Positions 48,425-61,600 of a stretch of DNA of 64,000 nt are shown here, in pieces. Made by a program: the position numbers and the translations under genes. Position 1 is the stretch's first letter. Every line of letters begins with the position of its first letter. This stretch comes from Phyllobates terribilis (taxonomy: Eukaryota). The notes under the pieces were generated by a model. It saw only the letters and a program-made list of their open reading frames with translations. It made no database searches and was not told the DNA's origin. The DNA lies in NCBI RefSeq assembly GCF_046119375.1, contig NW_027362763.1:576662001-576726000 (forward strand), read 5' to 3'.

Positions 48425-50174
48425 TGTAACATACCTGGTGGCGGGCTTGCATGGTGCACCATCTCTCACTATGCAAGATCGCAAACTTGATCTTCAGTCC
48501 AGTCTGCTACCTGGCTTCTATTCATGCTGTCTGTTTGTCTCTGTTCTGACTGCTTAGGGCAGTGGCCCGGTTACTTCCTGTTTCTTGTAGCTGCTGTGGG
48601 CACACCCCTAATGCGTCCTCAGCCTATTGCTGTCTGTCACTGGATATTTAAACCAGCTTCACCTGGAAGCTGGTGCCTGAGCAACTCTATCATTCAGTGT
48701 GCTCCTTGACTCTGAATGTGCCAGGTCCTGTTCTTTTTCTCCTGCCTGTCTGCCTTCCTGGAGGCTGTATTTTCAGGCTTGTCTGAACACGCTCCTAGCC
48801 TGTTCGTCCCGCCTTCTAGGGGCCGCATACCTAGATCTGTTATCTGTGTTTTCTTGCCCGTCTGTCCGCCTTCCTGGAGGCTGTATTTCCAGGCTTGTCT
48901 GAACACGCTCCTAGCCTGTTCGTCCCGCCTTCTCAGGGCCGCATACCCAGACTCACTCCTGTATCTCACTGCAGTGTCAGTTCCTGTCTGAACACTCAGT
49001 TCCTGTCTGAACACTCTCCTAGCCTGTTACCTGTTTTTCTCTATGTCCGTACCTTCCCTTTTTCTGCAGAGTCTGAACCCGCACCTAACGCCAACTCGTT
49101 GTCGCTGTACTTCCATTTGTGAGTTTAGAGCCCACTCACTACTTCATTGCAAGTATCTTGTGTGTATCTGGTTCTGCCTTTCCCTTCCAGTCTGTTCCGT
49201 GTGAACAGAGCCCTGTCCCCTCTGCTCTGCCTTGCTCACCGCTCCGGCGGTTCCTGCCTGCTCTGTCTTGCTTACCGCTCCGGCGGTTCCTGTCTGCTCT
49301 GCCTTGCTCACCACTCCGGCGGTTCCTGTCTGCTCCGCCTTGCTCACCGCTCCGGCGGTTCCTGTCTGTTCCGCCTTGCTCACCGCTCCGGCGGTTCCTG
49401 TCTGCTCCGCCTTGCTCACCGCTCCGGCGGTTCCTGCCTGCTCTGTCTTGCTCACCGCTCCGGCGGGTCCTGTCTGCTCTGCCTTGCTCACCACTTTAGC
49501 AGTACCTCTCTGCTGCGCCTTGCTCACCGCTCCGGCGGTTCCTGTCTGCTCTGCCTTGTTCACCAATCCGGCGGTTCCTGTCTGCTCTGCCTTGCTCACC
49601 GCTCCGGCGGTTCCTGTCTGCTCTGCCTTGCTCACCGCTCCGGCGGTACCTCTCTGCCCCGCCTTGCCCAGCGCTCCGGCGGTTCCTCTCTGCTCTGCTT
49701 GTCTACCGCTTCTGCGGTTCTGTTCCTGAATCCCAGTCTGTACTGGACCCTATCCAGCCTGTGCTCCAACCTGCTAGTACCTCCCCGTCTGCACGCCAGC
49801 CGTACTTGTCAGTACCCTCCTGTCTGCATACCAGCCGTGCCTGCCAGTATCCTCCTGTCTGCACTCCAGGCGTGCCTGCCAGTGCCCACCTGTCTGCATG
49901 CCAGCCGTGCCTGCCAATACCCACCTGTCTGTGTGCCAGTCTAACCTGCCTGTTCCTATATTCCCCGGTCAACAGCCGTGTCCGTGATCTGACCTGGAGT
50001 CGCACCTGGTCCCTCTTCTCAGTTCCTTCCTGGTGCACGGCATCGTAGCCGTCGTGCGACCTGGGTCGGATTGGGTTGATACTTAGTTACGCCCCTCCAG
50101 GCACTCTCCGGTTCATGGCACAGTAGAATCACTAAATCACGCACACGCCAGTCAGCCCGGGCGTATGCATAACA
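48425..50174 (+). mobile_element. Solo LTR (1750 bp), expanded version of the 20159-21131 family
   Basis: TGTAAC...TAACA; TSD TTAAG at 48420-24 and 50175-79. Confidence 0.9.
49220..49700. repeat. 36-bp tandem array (~13 units) inside the LTR
   Basis: CTTGCTCACCGCTCCGGCGGTTCCTGTCTGCTCTGC repeated head to tail. Confidence 0.95.
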
Positions 50175-53100
50175 TTAAGTGCCACTATCAGAGTTTGACA
50201 ATGGAATTTAACAGATTAAAAAACAGCCATCACCTGCGGAGTACGTGGTGAGCTCATCCCGTTAGCCCGCTCCATACACCCATTTCTGACTCTTACATGT
50301 ACACCACATGTTATGAAGGGGTCAATTTCTAAGTAGTGGATAGCCCTTTTAACTTAAAATATCCTTTTGCTACTACTAAATTCTGCAGCAGACTCTGTCT
50401 AAAGATCCATGTAAAGACCAGCAACCCCCTCTACAAGTGGCCTCCGGACACTCAGTACCGGGTTTCTCAGGAAAAGAGGTGTGAAAAGAGAAAACCAATC
50501 TGGGACCGTTCACTTCTGACACTGAAAACCCATGTCCTCTCCTCCTATTCTGCCACCGATGTACGTGGGGCGAGTTGTGTCTGAGAGATGTGACACGGAT
50601 CTCTGTATAAGCAATGGCATATACTCAACTCACTGACCTGTGCTTCTGTTCCTCATGAACTGCACATGGTAATCCGGAATGATGATGCAGTGATGAATTC
50701 AATAGATTTATTTACAGTTCTTGATGAGGTGAGATGAGGGAAAGTGAAGGGTGAGGAAAGGGTAGGAATTGTAGGTATTAGAAGCGCCAGGTAAAGTGGT
50801 AACAAGAGAATCCTTTCTCCAGTCCTGCAGCATGTGTAGTCAAGATGAATGCTATGAAGAAGAAGGAAGTGAGGAGCAGGGGATATGAGGAGTTACAGAC
50901 CGAAAGGTGTTGTAGGTAAAATACAGGAATAATACATGTTATAACATATTATAAGAACGGCCAGTAGATGGCAGCAAAGTACAACAATACAATAATCATA
51001 TAACATTAGGTAATGCCCAAAATGGCTGAAAGTCTTTTCAAACAAAGAGCTGGACAGCACACTCCCCATCTGAAATCCCCGGATTTCACTATATTAACAG
51101 TCTTGAGGTGGAGGTGTTTTCCTGAAGTACTGAGGGATACCTCAACCTGAAAGACAAACAATGCATGCAATGCAACAATAACAAATAACAAATGAGGTAG
51201 ACGAATGTCTATAACAGTTCCAGAAGCAATCCAAAGGATGCCCATCTTCAGATTGGAGAAGCCGCACTAGGCCTAACTGTCTCCAACCCAATTGTTATCC
51301 AGTGGTTACAGTTCCTGGTTGCAATCGGATGAGTGTCTTTAGTAGTCCAAAACTTCCTTGAAAGTTCCAAGTTCAAGTTCCAGATGTGCTAGCGCAAACA
51401 AGCCTTGTTCATCTGGAGAAGTGTTCAAATTGCAGTCAGCCCAAGCCAACCTTCCCATTGGTGATGGGGGTGCTGACATCAGGACGGATCTCTTAGTCGA
51501 CGTCTGGATTCTGAAGACTGAAGCGGTCCTCAGCGGCAGTCTCTTCACATTGGCCGCAAAGGAACTCCGGTCCTGTTAACTAAGAAGAGTTGCAAAGGCA
51601 ACAACAGACACTGGCCTAGTAGCAAGGTCAGCAGGGTTAAGATGGGATGGAACATACTGCCATTGTTCAGTTTTGGAGGATTTCCTGATCCTTTCAACGT
51701 GGTTACTGACATAGACATAGAAGCGTTTTGTCTGGTTGTATATGTAGCCCAGAACAACCTTGCTGTCTGTGTAGAATCTTGTGTCATCCACGTGAATAGC
51801 TAGTTCACTCTGTATGAAGTCTGCAATCTTGATGGTTAGTACAGCCCCACAGAGCTCAAGTCTGGGTATGGTGTGCTCAGGTTTAGGAGCCAATTTAGCC
51901 TTTCCAAATAGAAATCCAACATGGGCTTCATTGTTAGAGTCTATAACCTTCAAATAGGCAACAGCTGCAATAGCTTCAGTAGAGGTGTCAGAGAATATAT
52001 GGATCTCTTTCCTTTGACTCGTAGCAAGAGATGCTGGAGTGTAACAACGTGGTATGTGGATTTTATCTAAGGCACAAAGAGATTCCCTCCATGACTTCCA
52101 CTTTAGTTGTTTGTCAGCAGGGAGTGGTATGTCCCAGTTCTTAATAGACTCTGAGAGTTGCCTTAACAGGAGCTTGCCTTGTATAGTCAGGGGTGCAACA
52201 AACCCGAGTGGATCGTATAGACTGTTCACCACTGACAGAACCCCACGCTTAGTAAATGGTTTTTCTGTACCACTAACCTGAAAGCTGAAGGAGTCCTTTA
52301 GCAAGTTCCATCTCAAGCCCAGACTTCTCTGTACTGGTGGGTTGTCTGAACCTAGATTCAAGTCTCTGAATTCTGAAGCATGATCATTACAGTGAAAAGC
52401 CTTCATGACAACAGCACTATTGGAGGCAATTTTATGCAATCTTAAATGAGCTTTAGAAAGCATACCTTTTGTCCGTTTGAGCAGGGATTTGAGACCGTCG
52501 TCCACGTAGAAGATTTTTTCAACGAACTGTGGGGCATCCTTCCCGAATTCTGCTTCACCATCAGAGGCGGTCCTACGTAGGCCGTATGTAGCAACTGCAG
52601 GAGAAGGGCTGTTTCCGAACACGTGCACCTTCATGCGGTATTCAACCATTTCCTTGCTGGTGTCGTCTCGGTGCCATAGAAAACTGAGATAATTTCTGTG
52701 ATCTTGTCACACGATGAAACAATGGAACATTTGTTCAATAGAAAAATTGGAGAAAAAAAGCCCCAAATAAGCATAGAAAAATATAATTTTATTAAATGCA
52801 TATATCAAGAATATACAAGAATTATAAATCAAAGAGCTTAAAGGCACTAAGTGCCACATATGTGATAAAAAACAAAGGACACCAAAAAGCCCCCACATTA
52901 ACCCAATATAAATAACAATTCAGGGGTGTTTAGTGATAACACCACAAATACATACATCAGTATCAACATCGAAAGGGACAATTCCCAAATACCTGATAGT
53001 ATACCAGTAACAAGAAAGACCCTAGTTACCTATTGGCATGTAACAAAGAGATGATATAAACTAGGATAGAATTAGATATGGACTATAGGGAATGACAAAC

Positions 53101-53188
53101 AAAATATATATATAGGTGGCCTATAGTTACCCAGATTGCAGGTACCGATGATAAGTCAAAAAGGGAAAAGGGGGGGGGTTTGTGTGTC

Positions 53189-53226
53189 ACCCCTACGCGC
53201 GTTTCGGCAAGCCTTCGTCAGGGGGC
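53189..53226 (-). ncRNA. Minimal hammerhead ribozyme in the left pLTR
   Basis: GCCCC-CTGACGA-A-GGCTTGCC-GAAA-CGCGCG-TA-GGGG. Confidence 0.75.
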
Positions 53227-53781
53227 ATCGGGGTATATAGCACTAAGGCCTCTTAAATAGCCAATCAAATGAATGACAAATGGTGCACAGCTGCTGGAAA
53301 CGTGTGTGTGTGCCTGAGGACCTGAATGACGCTTCGCGCGTCATAGTGGGCGGGGCGAGCTGCGGAGTCCGCATCATGTGACGCCCAGGTGACAGTCAGC
53401 TGACTGGCACGCAGGTCCTCACATAGAGATGCAGAAAGCCGCGGCACGCATCGCCAGCATGACGCGGAAGCGTTCGCGGTCGCCAGGCAACCCAGCAAGA
53501 AATAGGTAAGTATATGGGATTACTAGATAGCAAAGCCTGTACTTGATAGGCAGCAAGTGAAACCTGAGCATTCTGGACAAAGTGAATGTAATAAACCAAA
53601 TTTAGTAGAGAAGCAGAGAAATAAAGAGGCTAGAATGGAGACCATAGTGCGTTGACCACGTAAACAGATGAGATAAAAATATCTAAAAAATAAATAAAAA
53701 TGTGAAACAGGTTAGTAACACATAGCACATAAATTGCGACACAGGTGCATTTATGAGAGGAGAACCACAACCAGGAGACAA

Positions 53782-56590
53782 TCACAGAAAGGAAACAAAG
53801 CTAAGAGACTCATTCAAGCCCTTTGGATGTACAGTATCTAATTGCCATATCCAACGGGCCTCTAATTGGGCCAAGCGTTGGCTCATTTTACCACCACGAA
53901 TGGTGGAAAAAAGAAGATCTATACCCAGAACTCTCAACCCAGAACTGTCACAATTGTGATAGAGTTTAAAATGACGAGGAATGGCCCTGAGCGTGGAAAC
54001 ATCCGCGTGACCTGCCGCAGACTGAATGCCCAGAACATGCTCACGAACACGAATTTTAAGTTGGCGGGAGGTAAGTCCCACATATATAAGGCCACAAGGA
54101 CAGGTGGCAAAATAAATCACGTATCTCGACATACAATTAATCGACTTACGTATATTGTATGTCCTGGTATGAGATGAATTGAAGAATTGGGTAGCATGTC
54201 CAATGTTAGGGCAAGCAATGCAGCGGCCACACGGCCTGCATCCAGGCGCAGGACCAGACCCGTCAATAAATGCCCTCCCCCGAGTGGGTTGATAGTGGCT
54301 ACGGACCAAAAGGTCCCGAAGATTTCTAGACCTCATAATGGTAATATTGGGAGAAGGGGGTATAAATCTAGAAATGATGGAATCAGTTTGTAGAATGGGC
54401 CAAGCCTTGATAAGGCAAGAACGCATACGGGCAAATTGGGAATGGTATTGTGCAATAAATCTCACATGATTATTCTTATTAGTCTTAGCTGTATTTTTGT
54501 AGAGTAGATCCTGTCGTTTAGACCGTAATGCCCGGTTGAACGCCTTTTTGACAGAGCGCCCACTGTAGCCCCTCTCGAGAAACCGTATCTTAAGGTCATT
54601 AGATTGTTTAAAGAATTCCCGATCATCAGAACAAATTCTGCGTAATCTGAGAAACTGACCCATAGGTACTGAACATATCATGTACCTTGGGTGTGCTGAA
54701 GAGGCATGTAGTAGGCAGTTGGTGGCAGTAGTTTTCCTAAAGATACTTGTCTGAAGGAATTCACACTCATCTTTTTGAATAGTAACATCCAAAAACGTAA
54801 TTTTATTCTTGTCGTATTGAAATGTAATATGAATGTTAAGATCATTTAGATTAAGGGACTGCATGAAAAATTTAAGTTGTTCCTCAGTTGCCTGCTAGAT
54901 GAATAGTATGTCATCAATGTACCGCATCCAAAAGGGGATGCGGTCCATTGATGACAGCTGATCGTGCAGGGCAAGGTCCCTCTCCCACAGCCCCAGGAAC
55001 AGATTGGCGTAAGCCGGAGCCCCCATGGCCGTTCCCTGGAGCTGGAGGTAGAAGGACCCTTTAAAAGTAAAAAAAATTATGTGTAAGTGAGAACTCTAGG
55101 ATCTCAAGAATAAATAGTACAATATCAGACGACAAATTGGAATTAGTTAGGAAGAAGTGAGTGGCCTTGATGCCATCTGTATGTTTAATACTCGTATAGA
55201 GTGACTCGACGTCACCCGCCACCAGCAGCATATCCTCGCTAAGACTAAGACCATCGACTTTTCTGAGCAGATCCCCAGTGTCCAGCAGGAACGAGGGCAA
55301 AGTCTCCACTAGTGGTTGAAGTTTGGATTCGATCCATAAATTGACATTTTCCAGAAAACACCCCGTGCCAGATATGATAGGGCGTCCAGGTGGTGTCTCC
55401 GTATTCTTATGTATCTTGGGGAGAAGGTAGAAAGTTGCTATCGAGGGCTCCACGACCTGCAGTGCCAAAGCCAGCTCTTTTGTTATAACCCCATTATCCA
55501 TCGCCGTGTTTATAATTTTAGATAATTTAACAACAAACGACTGTAGCGGGTTAAATGTCAGGCGTTCGTAACACAGTTAGTTAGAAAGTTGACGGTATGC
55601 CTCCTTCTCATAAAGAGTGGTAGGCCATATAACAACATTACCGCCTTTGTCGGCTGGCTTGAGCACCACATCGGGGAGCCCACGAAACAACCTCAGCCTC
55701 TCCCTTTCAGAATTGGATAGATTATCATGTTCCACAAAATGAGGAATCTTATTAAATCCCTTAGACACCACCTGGACGAACATGTCAACACTGGCACAGG
55801 TGGAAAGTGGAGGGAATTTTTTGGAACGAGGCCTGATGGAACTGGGGATCTTACCTCCTTCGATGTCAATACTCTCCAAGGCCAGATCTTCCAAAATATC
55901 TAGCGCTTCTTGTTCCTCCTCTGTAGGAAAAAGAGAGTGAAGATGTGCATCAAAGAAATGTTTTTTGTAGATCAACTTGCGTGCAAAAAGATGAAGATCT
56001 TTGATGGCCGTGAAGCAATCAAATTTGGCCCTCGGAGCAAAGGTAAAACCTTTACTCAAAATGCCAAGGTCAGTAGAACTAAGTTGGAAATTGCTAAGAT
56101 TGATTACCTTGTTGTCCATCTTCGCTCCCTCATGGGAGTTAAAGTTACGCCTTTTGTAAGGATAAAATTCAAAATCACGAGATTTATGGGACTCGCGTCC
56201 AGATCGAGTTCTCATGGAGGACAAGGAGGTTGCAGAGGATACACTAGTGGAGGAGAGCGAAGCGTCCGAAGGAAGACGCACCTCTCTAAAAGTCTGGCCA
56301 CTACTTCTTTTCCATAGATAGACTGAATTATTACTAAAATCATTTTGATCTCTTGCTAGTTTTTTAGTTTGTGTGTCCTTAATTTTTTGTACACACTCAT
56401 CTATGTTTTTCTCAATACGAGCATTCAATGTCTCAAGGCGTTCAACCGGGCAAGACGTCTTAAAACTGAGTTGCAATTCATCAATGGATTTATCAAGATC
56501 AGAAATTAATTTGGTATTGTGATCAATAAGGAGTTGCATAAGTGTGGTGGAACACTTACTACAGGCCTCCTCCCATTACATTTATTCATG
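53782..56590 (-). pseudogene. Penelope RT plus GIY-YIG endonuclease polyprotein, disrupted
   Basis: VINLS..GFTFAP, KPADKGG, LPKIHK..PPGRPIISG, DVESLYTSI, YIDD, FLDV, YVIYFATCPCGLIYVG; broken into three ORFs. Confidence 0.92.
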
Positions 56591-57054
56591 CTTCTTTGGC
56601 GGATTTATCCTTTAGTAATTAATGATAGCTGTCATATAAATTGTTGCTGTGATTTTGTATACTATGGCCAAGTTGATTTTATCAACCTATTCATTGTATT
56701 GTTTCTATGCAAATTTATCCTTTGTAATTCTGTGGGCTATTTTGTCCCAACTATGGCAATTCTGTTTGGTTAATGTTATTTACATTGGCTTTTGATACTA
56801 TATACCTATGTTATTGTTACAATATTTATAAATGCCTGATTGTAATATTTCATTACCTATATTCATTCAATGATAATGCATCAGCTACTATATACTGTTG
56901 ACCCCTTTTTCTGGGTTTATTGCCTTGTTCTTTATTATATGTGCATATTTGTTATCTTGCTGCATGGTCACCAATTTATTTTTTATTTTTCATTTCTCTG
57001 CTTCTCTACTAAATTTGGTTTATTACATTCACCTTGTTCAGAATGCTCTGGTTT

Positions 57055-58258
57055 TGTAACGGGTCTGGGAGGTGGAACCTCTGAGCAACTATACAAAGGG
57101 GCAGTCCTTGTAAGGAAGCGGGTGGCTTCCAGGGAAGGCGGGCAGGTAGTCACGGCAAGTGACAGGGACAGTCTCTGGGTAGAAGGGCAGGAGGTCACGG
57201 CAAGTGACGGGGACAGTCTCTTGACAGGCGGGTGGTCACGGAAAGTGACAGCAGGGTAAGAGTCTCTAGACAGGCAGGTGGTCACAGCAAGTGACAGCAG
57301 GATAAGAGTCTCTAGACGGGCAGGTGGTCACGGCAAGTGACAGCAGGGAAAGAGTCTCTAAACAGGCAGGTGGTCACGGTCAGTGACGGCAGAGCCTCCA
57401 GGTAGGCTAGCAGGCGGATAGCAAGTGGACGCTCCCAGGTGACCGGGCAGGAGTCTCTGGACAGGCAGGTGGTCACGGCAAGTGACGGCTGAGCCTCCAG
57501 GTAGGCTAGCAGGCAGGTAGCAGGTGGACTCTCCCAGGTGAGCGGGCAAGAGTCTCTGGACAGGCAGGTGGTCACGGCAAGTGACGGCTAAGCCTCCAGG
57601 TATGCTAGCAGGCAGGTAGCAGGTGAGCGCTCCCAGGAGAGCGGGCAAGAGTCTCTGGACAGGCAGGTGGTCACGGCAAGTGACGGCAGAGCCTCCAGGT
57701 AGGCTAGCAGGCAGGTAGCAGGTGAGCGCTCCCAGGTGAGCGGGCAAGAGACTCTGGACAGACAGGTGATCACAGCAAGTGACGGCAGAGCCTCCAGGTA
57801 GGCTAGCAGGCAGGTAGCAGGTGAGCGCTCCCAGGTGAGCGGGCAGACTGATCCATAGACAGACTGGCAGGTGCTGGTAGGCAGACTGTCGGACCGCAGG
57901 AAAGCACACAGATAGACAGGTATCAGGCAGGAATATGGCAGGTAACTGGCAGGTATCTGGTAACAGGACCTGAGGGCTGAAGCAGAGTTGAGAGGCTTTG
58001 CAACAACATTGCTCGGGCACCTCCATTTTGGAGGAGGTGCCTTATATATCGTGAGATCCTCCGGCCATTGGCCGGGGACTCCTTAGGACGGCGCGCGTAG
58101 CCCCTTTAAGAGAGGGGGAGCGCGCGCGCGCCCTAAGCACAGTGGCCCGGAAGCAACGCGCGCTGCCAGCAGAGCAGGAGGAAGACGCCGGGCACGGAGC
58201 GGAGAGGTGAGAGGAACGGCGTCCCTGCCTAGCAGGAGGCAGGGACGCCGACGCTACA
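57055..58258 (-). mobile_element. Solo LTR inserted into the right pLTR; contains a 99-bp tandem array (~5 units, 57360-57840)
   Basis: TGTAAC...CTACA; TSD GGTTT (57050-54, 58259-63); the empty site is visible in the left pLTR; orientation inferred. Confidence 0.9.
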
Positions 58259-58596
58259 GGTTTCACTTGCTGCCTATCAAGTACAGGCTTTGCTATCTAG
58301 TAATCCCATATACTTACCTATTTCTTGCTGGGTTGCCTGGCGACCGCGAACGCTTCCGCGTCATGCTGGCGATGAGTGCCGCGGCTTTCTGCATCTCTAT
58401 GTGAGGACCTGCGTGCCAGTCAGTTGACTGTCACGTGGGCGTCACATGATGCGGACGCCGCGGCTCGCCCCGCCCACTATGACACGCGAAGCGTCATTCA
58501 GGTCCTCAGGCACACACACACGTTTCCAGCAGCTGTGCACCATTTGTCATTCATTTGATTGGCTATTTAAGAGGCCTTAGTGCTATATACCCCCAT

Positions 58597-58634
58597 GCCC
58601 CCTGACGAAGGCCTGCCGAAACGCGCGTAGGGGT
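58597..58634 (+). ncRNA. Minimal hammerhead ribozyme in the right pLTR
   Basis: GCCCC-CTGACGA-A-GGCCTGCC-GAAA-CGCGCG-TA-GGGG; predicted cleavage after 58629. Confidence 0.75.
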
Positions 58635-61600
58635 GACACAGAAACCCCCCCCCCCTTTTCCCTTTTTGACTTATCATTGGTACCTGCAATCTGGGTAACT
58701 ATAGGCCACCTATATATATATATTTTGTTTGTCATTCCCTATAGTCCATATCTAATTCTATCCTAGTTTATATCATCTCTTTGTTACATGCCAATAGGTA
58801 ACTAGGGTCTTTCTTGTTACTGGTACACTATCAGGTATTTGGGAATTGTCCCTTTCGATGTTGATACTGATGTATGTATTTGTGGTGTTATCACTAAACA
58901 CCCCTGAATTGTTATTTACAGCATATTGGGTTAATGTGGGGGCTTTTTGGTGTCCTTTGTTTTTTATCACATATGTGGCACTTAGTGCCTTTAAGCTCTT
59001 TGATTATAATTCTTGTATATTCTTGATATGTGCATTTAATAAAATTATATTTGTCTATGCTTATTTGGGGCTTTGTTGTCGCTTGGCTTTTTTTTTCCAA
59101 TTTTTCTATGTTATATTGCGATGCCCTTTTTACGTGTATCCTTATGTCTGCATACTGGCACTTTGTGATTGACATTGTAATGCGGGCGTTTCTGTGGTAT
59201 ATCCTCTCTAAACATTTGTTCAATGTCAGCAGTAACGGCGACTGGCTCTTTTCTGAATCTCATGAGCATTCCCACCAGGTTATTAGTCAGGTTGGGACCA
59301 GTGAGTAGAACATCGTTCAGAGATACACCATCACGTTTGGCGCTTGAATCGAACACCACTCTGATTTGTTTAGGCTTTCTTGGATGGTATACTCCAAAGC
59401 AAGGTAGATACCAGCATTCTTCATTGGCTTGCAAAGGTGGAGCTGGCTCTGCGTGGTCATTGCGAAATATCTTCTCCATAAAGGCTACAAAATGGTCCTT
59501 CATTTCAGGCTTATTTCTCAATGTTCTCTGCAGTTAGGTGAACCTTGATAAAGCCTGTTCTCGGTTGTTAGGAAGTTTGGCCCTTGTAGCCTTGAAGAGT
59601 AGGGGAGCGACCCAACGGTCAGATTCGTTCTTGAAGAATCCACTATCCATTATTTTAATAAATTCCTTGTCTTCTATGGATAAGGCGACCTTGTTGTCAT
59701 CTTGTGTTGTGCGAAACACTGTTCTCACTAAGTCGTCACCATAGGGAGTGGGAATGATGTCAGGCTCTTGGATGAAGTCAGAAAACCTTTCTTTCACTTC
59801 ATAGTGATGAGAGCATGGATTGAAGTGAGTTGTGCGACCATTTTGAAGTACATAAGTTTTAAAGGAGTTGACTTCGGATGCCTTGTGACTCTTATCCAGA
59901 CATGCATTGCCCACGATTACCCAGCCTAGATCAAGTCTTTGGGGGTATGGAGCATCATCTGGGCCATTGCATTGTTGGCGTACCTTGTGGACCCTTAGAA
60001 TGTGCCTCCCCAGTAGGATTAGAATATTAGCATTCGTGTCCAGAGGAGGAATTTCGTTAGTTAGGTTCCTCAAGTGGGGATGATGAAGCGTGGCTTCCAG
60101 AGTGGGGATTTCTTCCTTGTTATCAGGTATCTGGTCACATTCAATTAAAGTTGTCAAGGTTATGTGCACATTCCCCTTGATTGAAGAGATAATGTACCCA
60201 GAGGCTCTCCTACCAGAAGTCTCAATATGACCAGAACAGGTGTTGAGGGTGTACGGAGCCGTTTGTCCTTTTATATTAAAGCTCTCAAAGAGTTTTGGCT
60301 TTGCTAGAGACCTGTTACTTTGTTCATCTATTATGGCATACATTTTGGAGGCCTTGTCGGGTTGTCCTTCTGGATAGACCTTGACAAGACATACTTTAGC
60401 GCAGCATTTAGTACCAGTCCCTTCTCCACATACTTCCATACATGAGGAGGAAACAGCAGTTGCAGCTGGATCAGGAACTTGTGGCTCCCTGCCATGCTTT
60501 TGAGCAGGATTGGGTGCTGCAAAAGATTAAGAATTGTGTGGAACTGGTGTGGGAAGCATAGATGTAACGTGTTTGTCACTACTACATTCGGTGCACGTAA
60601 TGACAGCCTTACAATCCTTAGCAAGGTGGTCTGAGGAGGTGCAACACTTGTAACATATCCCTAGATCCTTCAGAGTATCTCTGCATTTCTGCAAAGTCTT
60701 TGTCCTGAATCCACGGTGTTCTTTAAGTGGGTGAGGTCTTTTGTGGATAGGGCACATACGGTTACTGTCCATAGCTTTAGGAGCAACAGCGTTTGTTTTG
60801 GTAAAAGAGAGTACAGTAAGTGGAACGTCAGTCTTTCTCACGGATACTGTGCTCCTTAACTCTCTATGTTTGGTGATATTGTTATCATACCTTGTAGATG
60901 ATGATGATGATGATAAAGCTGGTGGAGTAAATTCAGTGAAGTCAAAGCGGGGATCATTCTTCTTCCGAGCTTGATCACTGACGAACCTGGAAAAATAGGA
61001 AAAGGGAGGAAAAGACACATTAAGCTGTCCTTTATACCATGAGCCGTGGTCTGCCCATTTATCCTGCATGCCTTTTAGCAACTTGAGAACTACTGGAGTC
61101 ACGCCATGAGCAGTATCAAGGTAGCTCAGTCCTGAAAGACGTGGGTCTAATTTTGCCAATTCTATTTCCTTTAGCAGGTCACTCAGGTCTTGAAGTTTTT
61201 GATTGTCCTTGTTAGTTATTTTTGGGAAGGCTTGCAGTTTCTTAAATAAGGCAGGCTCTGTGGCTTCTGAGCTGCCGTAGGTTTGCTCCAGTCTCTCCCA
61301 TGCTGCAATAAGACCTGCATCTGAATAGTCCACATGAACTGCCCTTATTGTCTTGATGCACTCCACTGATTCAGGGCCTAACCAGTTGACAAGCAAATCT
61401 AGTTGTTCCTTACCGGTGAGATTAAGGTCTTGGATTACTGCTTGAAAGGTCGATTTCCAGGCTCTAGAATTTTCGGCACAATCATCAAACTTTGAGAGAC
61501 TGATGTTTATTAACTCCCTGCGAATCATACATCTGGCGAATTCATACATGTCCGACCTCCCGGTCAGAGTTGCAGGATTAACTTGTGGTATCCCTGGGGA

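Larger units (their letters stand above)
52740..59210 (-). mobile_element. Penelope-like element with inverted pseudo-LTRs, inserted into the BEL RT
   Basis: 14-bp TSD AACATTTGTTCAAT (52726-39, 59211-24); inverted repeat ~52740-53625 versus ~56990-59110. Confidence 0.9.

Noticed and set aside
49144-49944. 36-bp repeats as a CRISPR-like array or a repeat protein
   Set aside because: Units are contiguous with no unique spacers, lie inside a TSD-flanked LTR, and the context is eukaryotic
50335-50395. Inverted homology with 2695-2760
   Set aside because: Short match ending in a TTAA-AGGG MITE-like terminus; most simply dispersed repeat fragments
57358-58026. 222-aa repetitive ORF
   Set aside because: Arises from the 99-bp array inside a solo LTR
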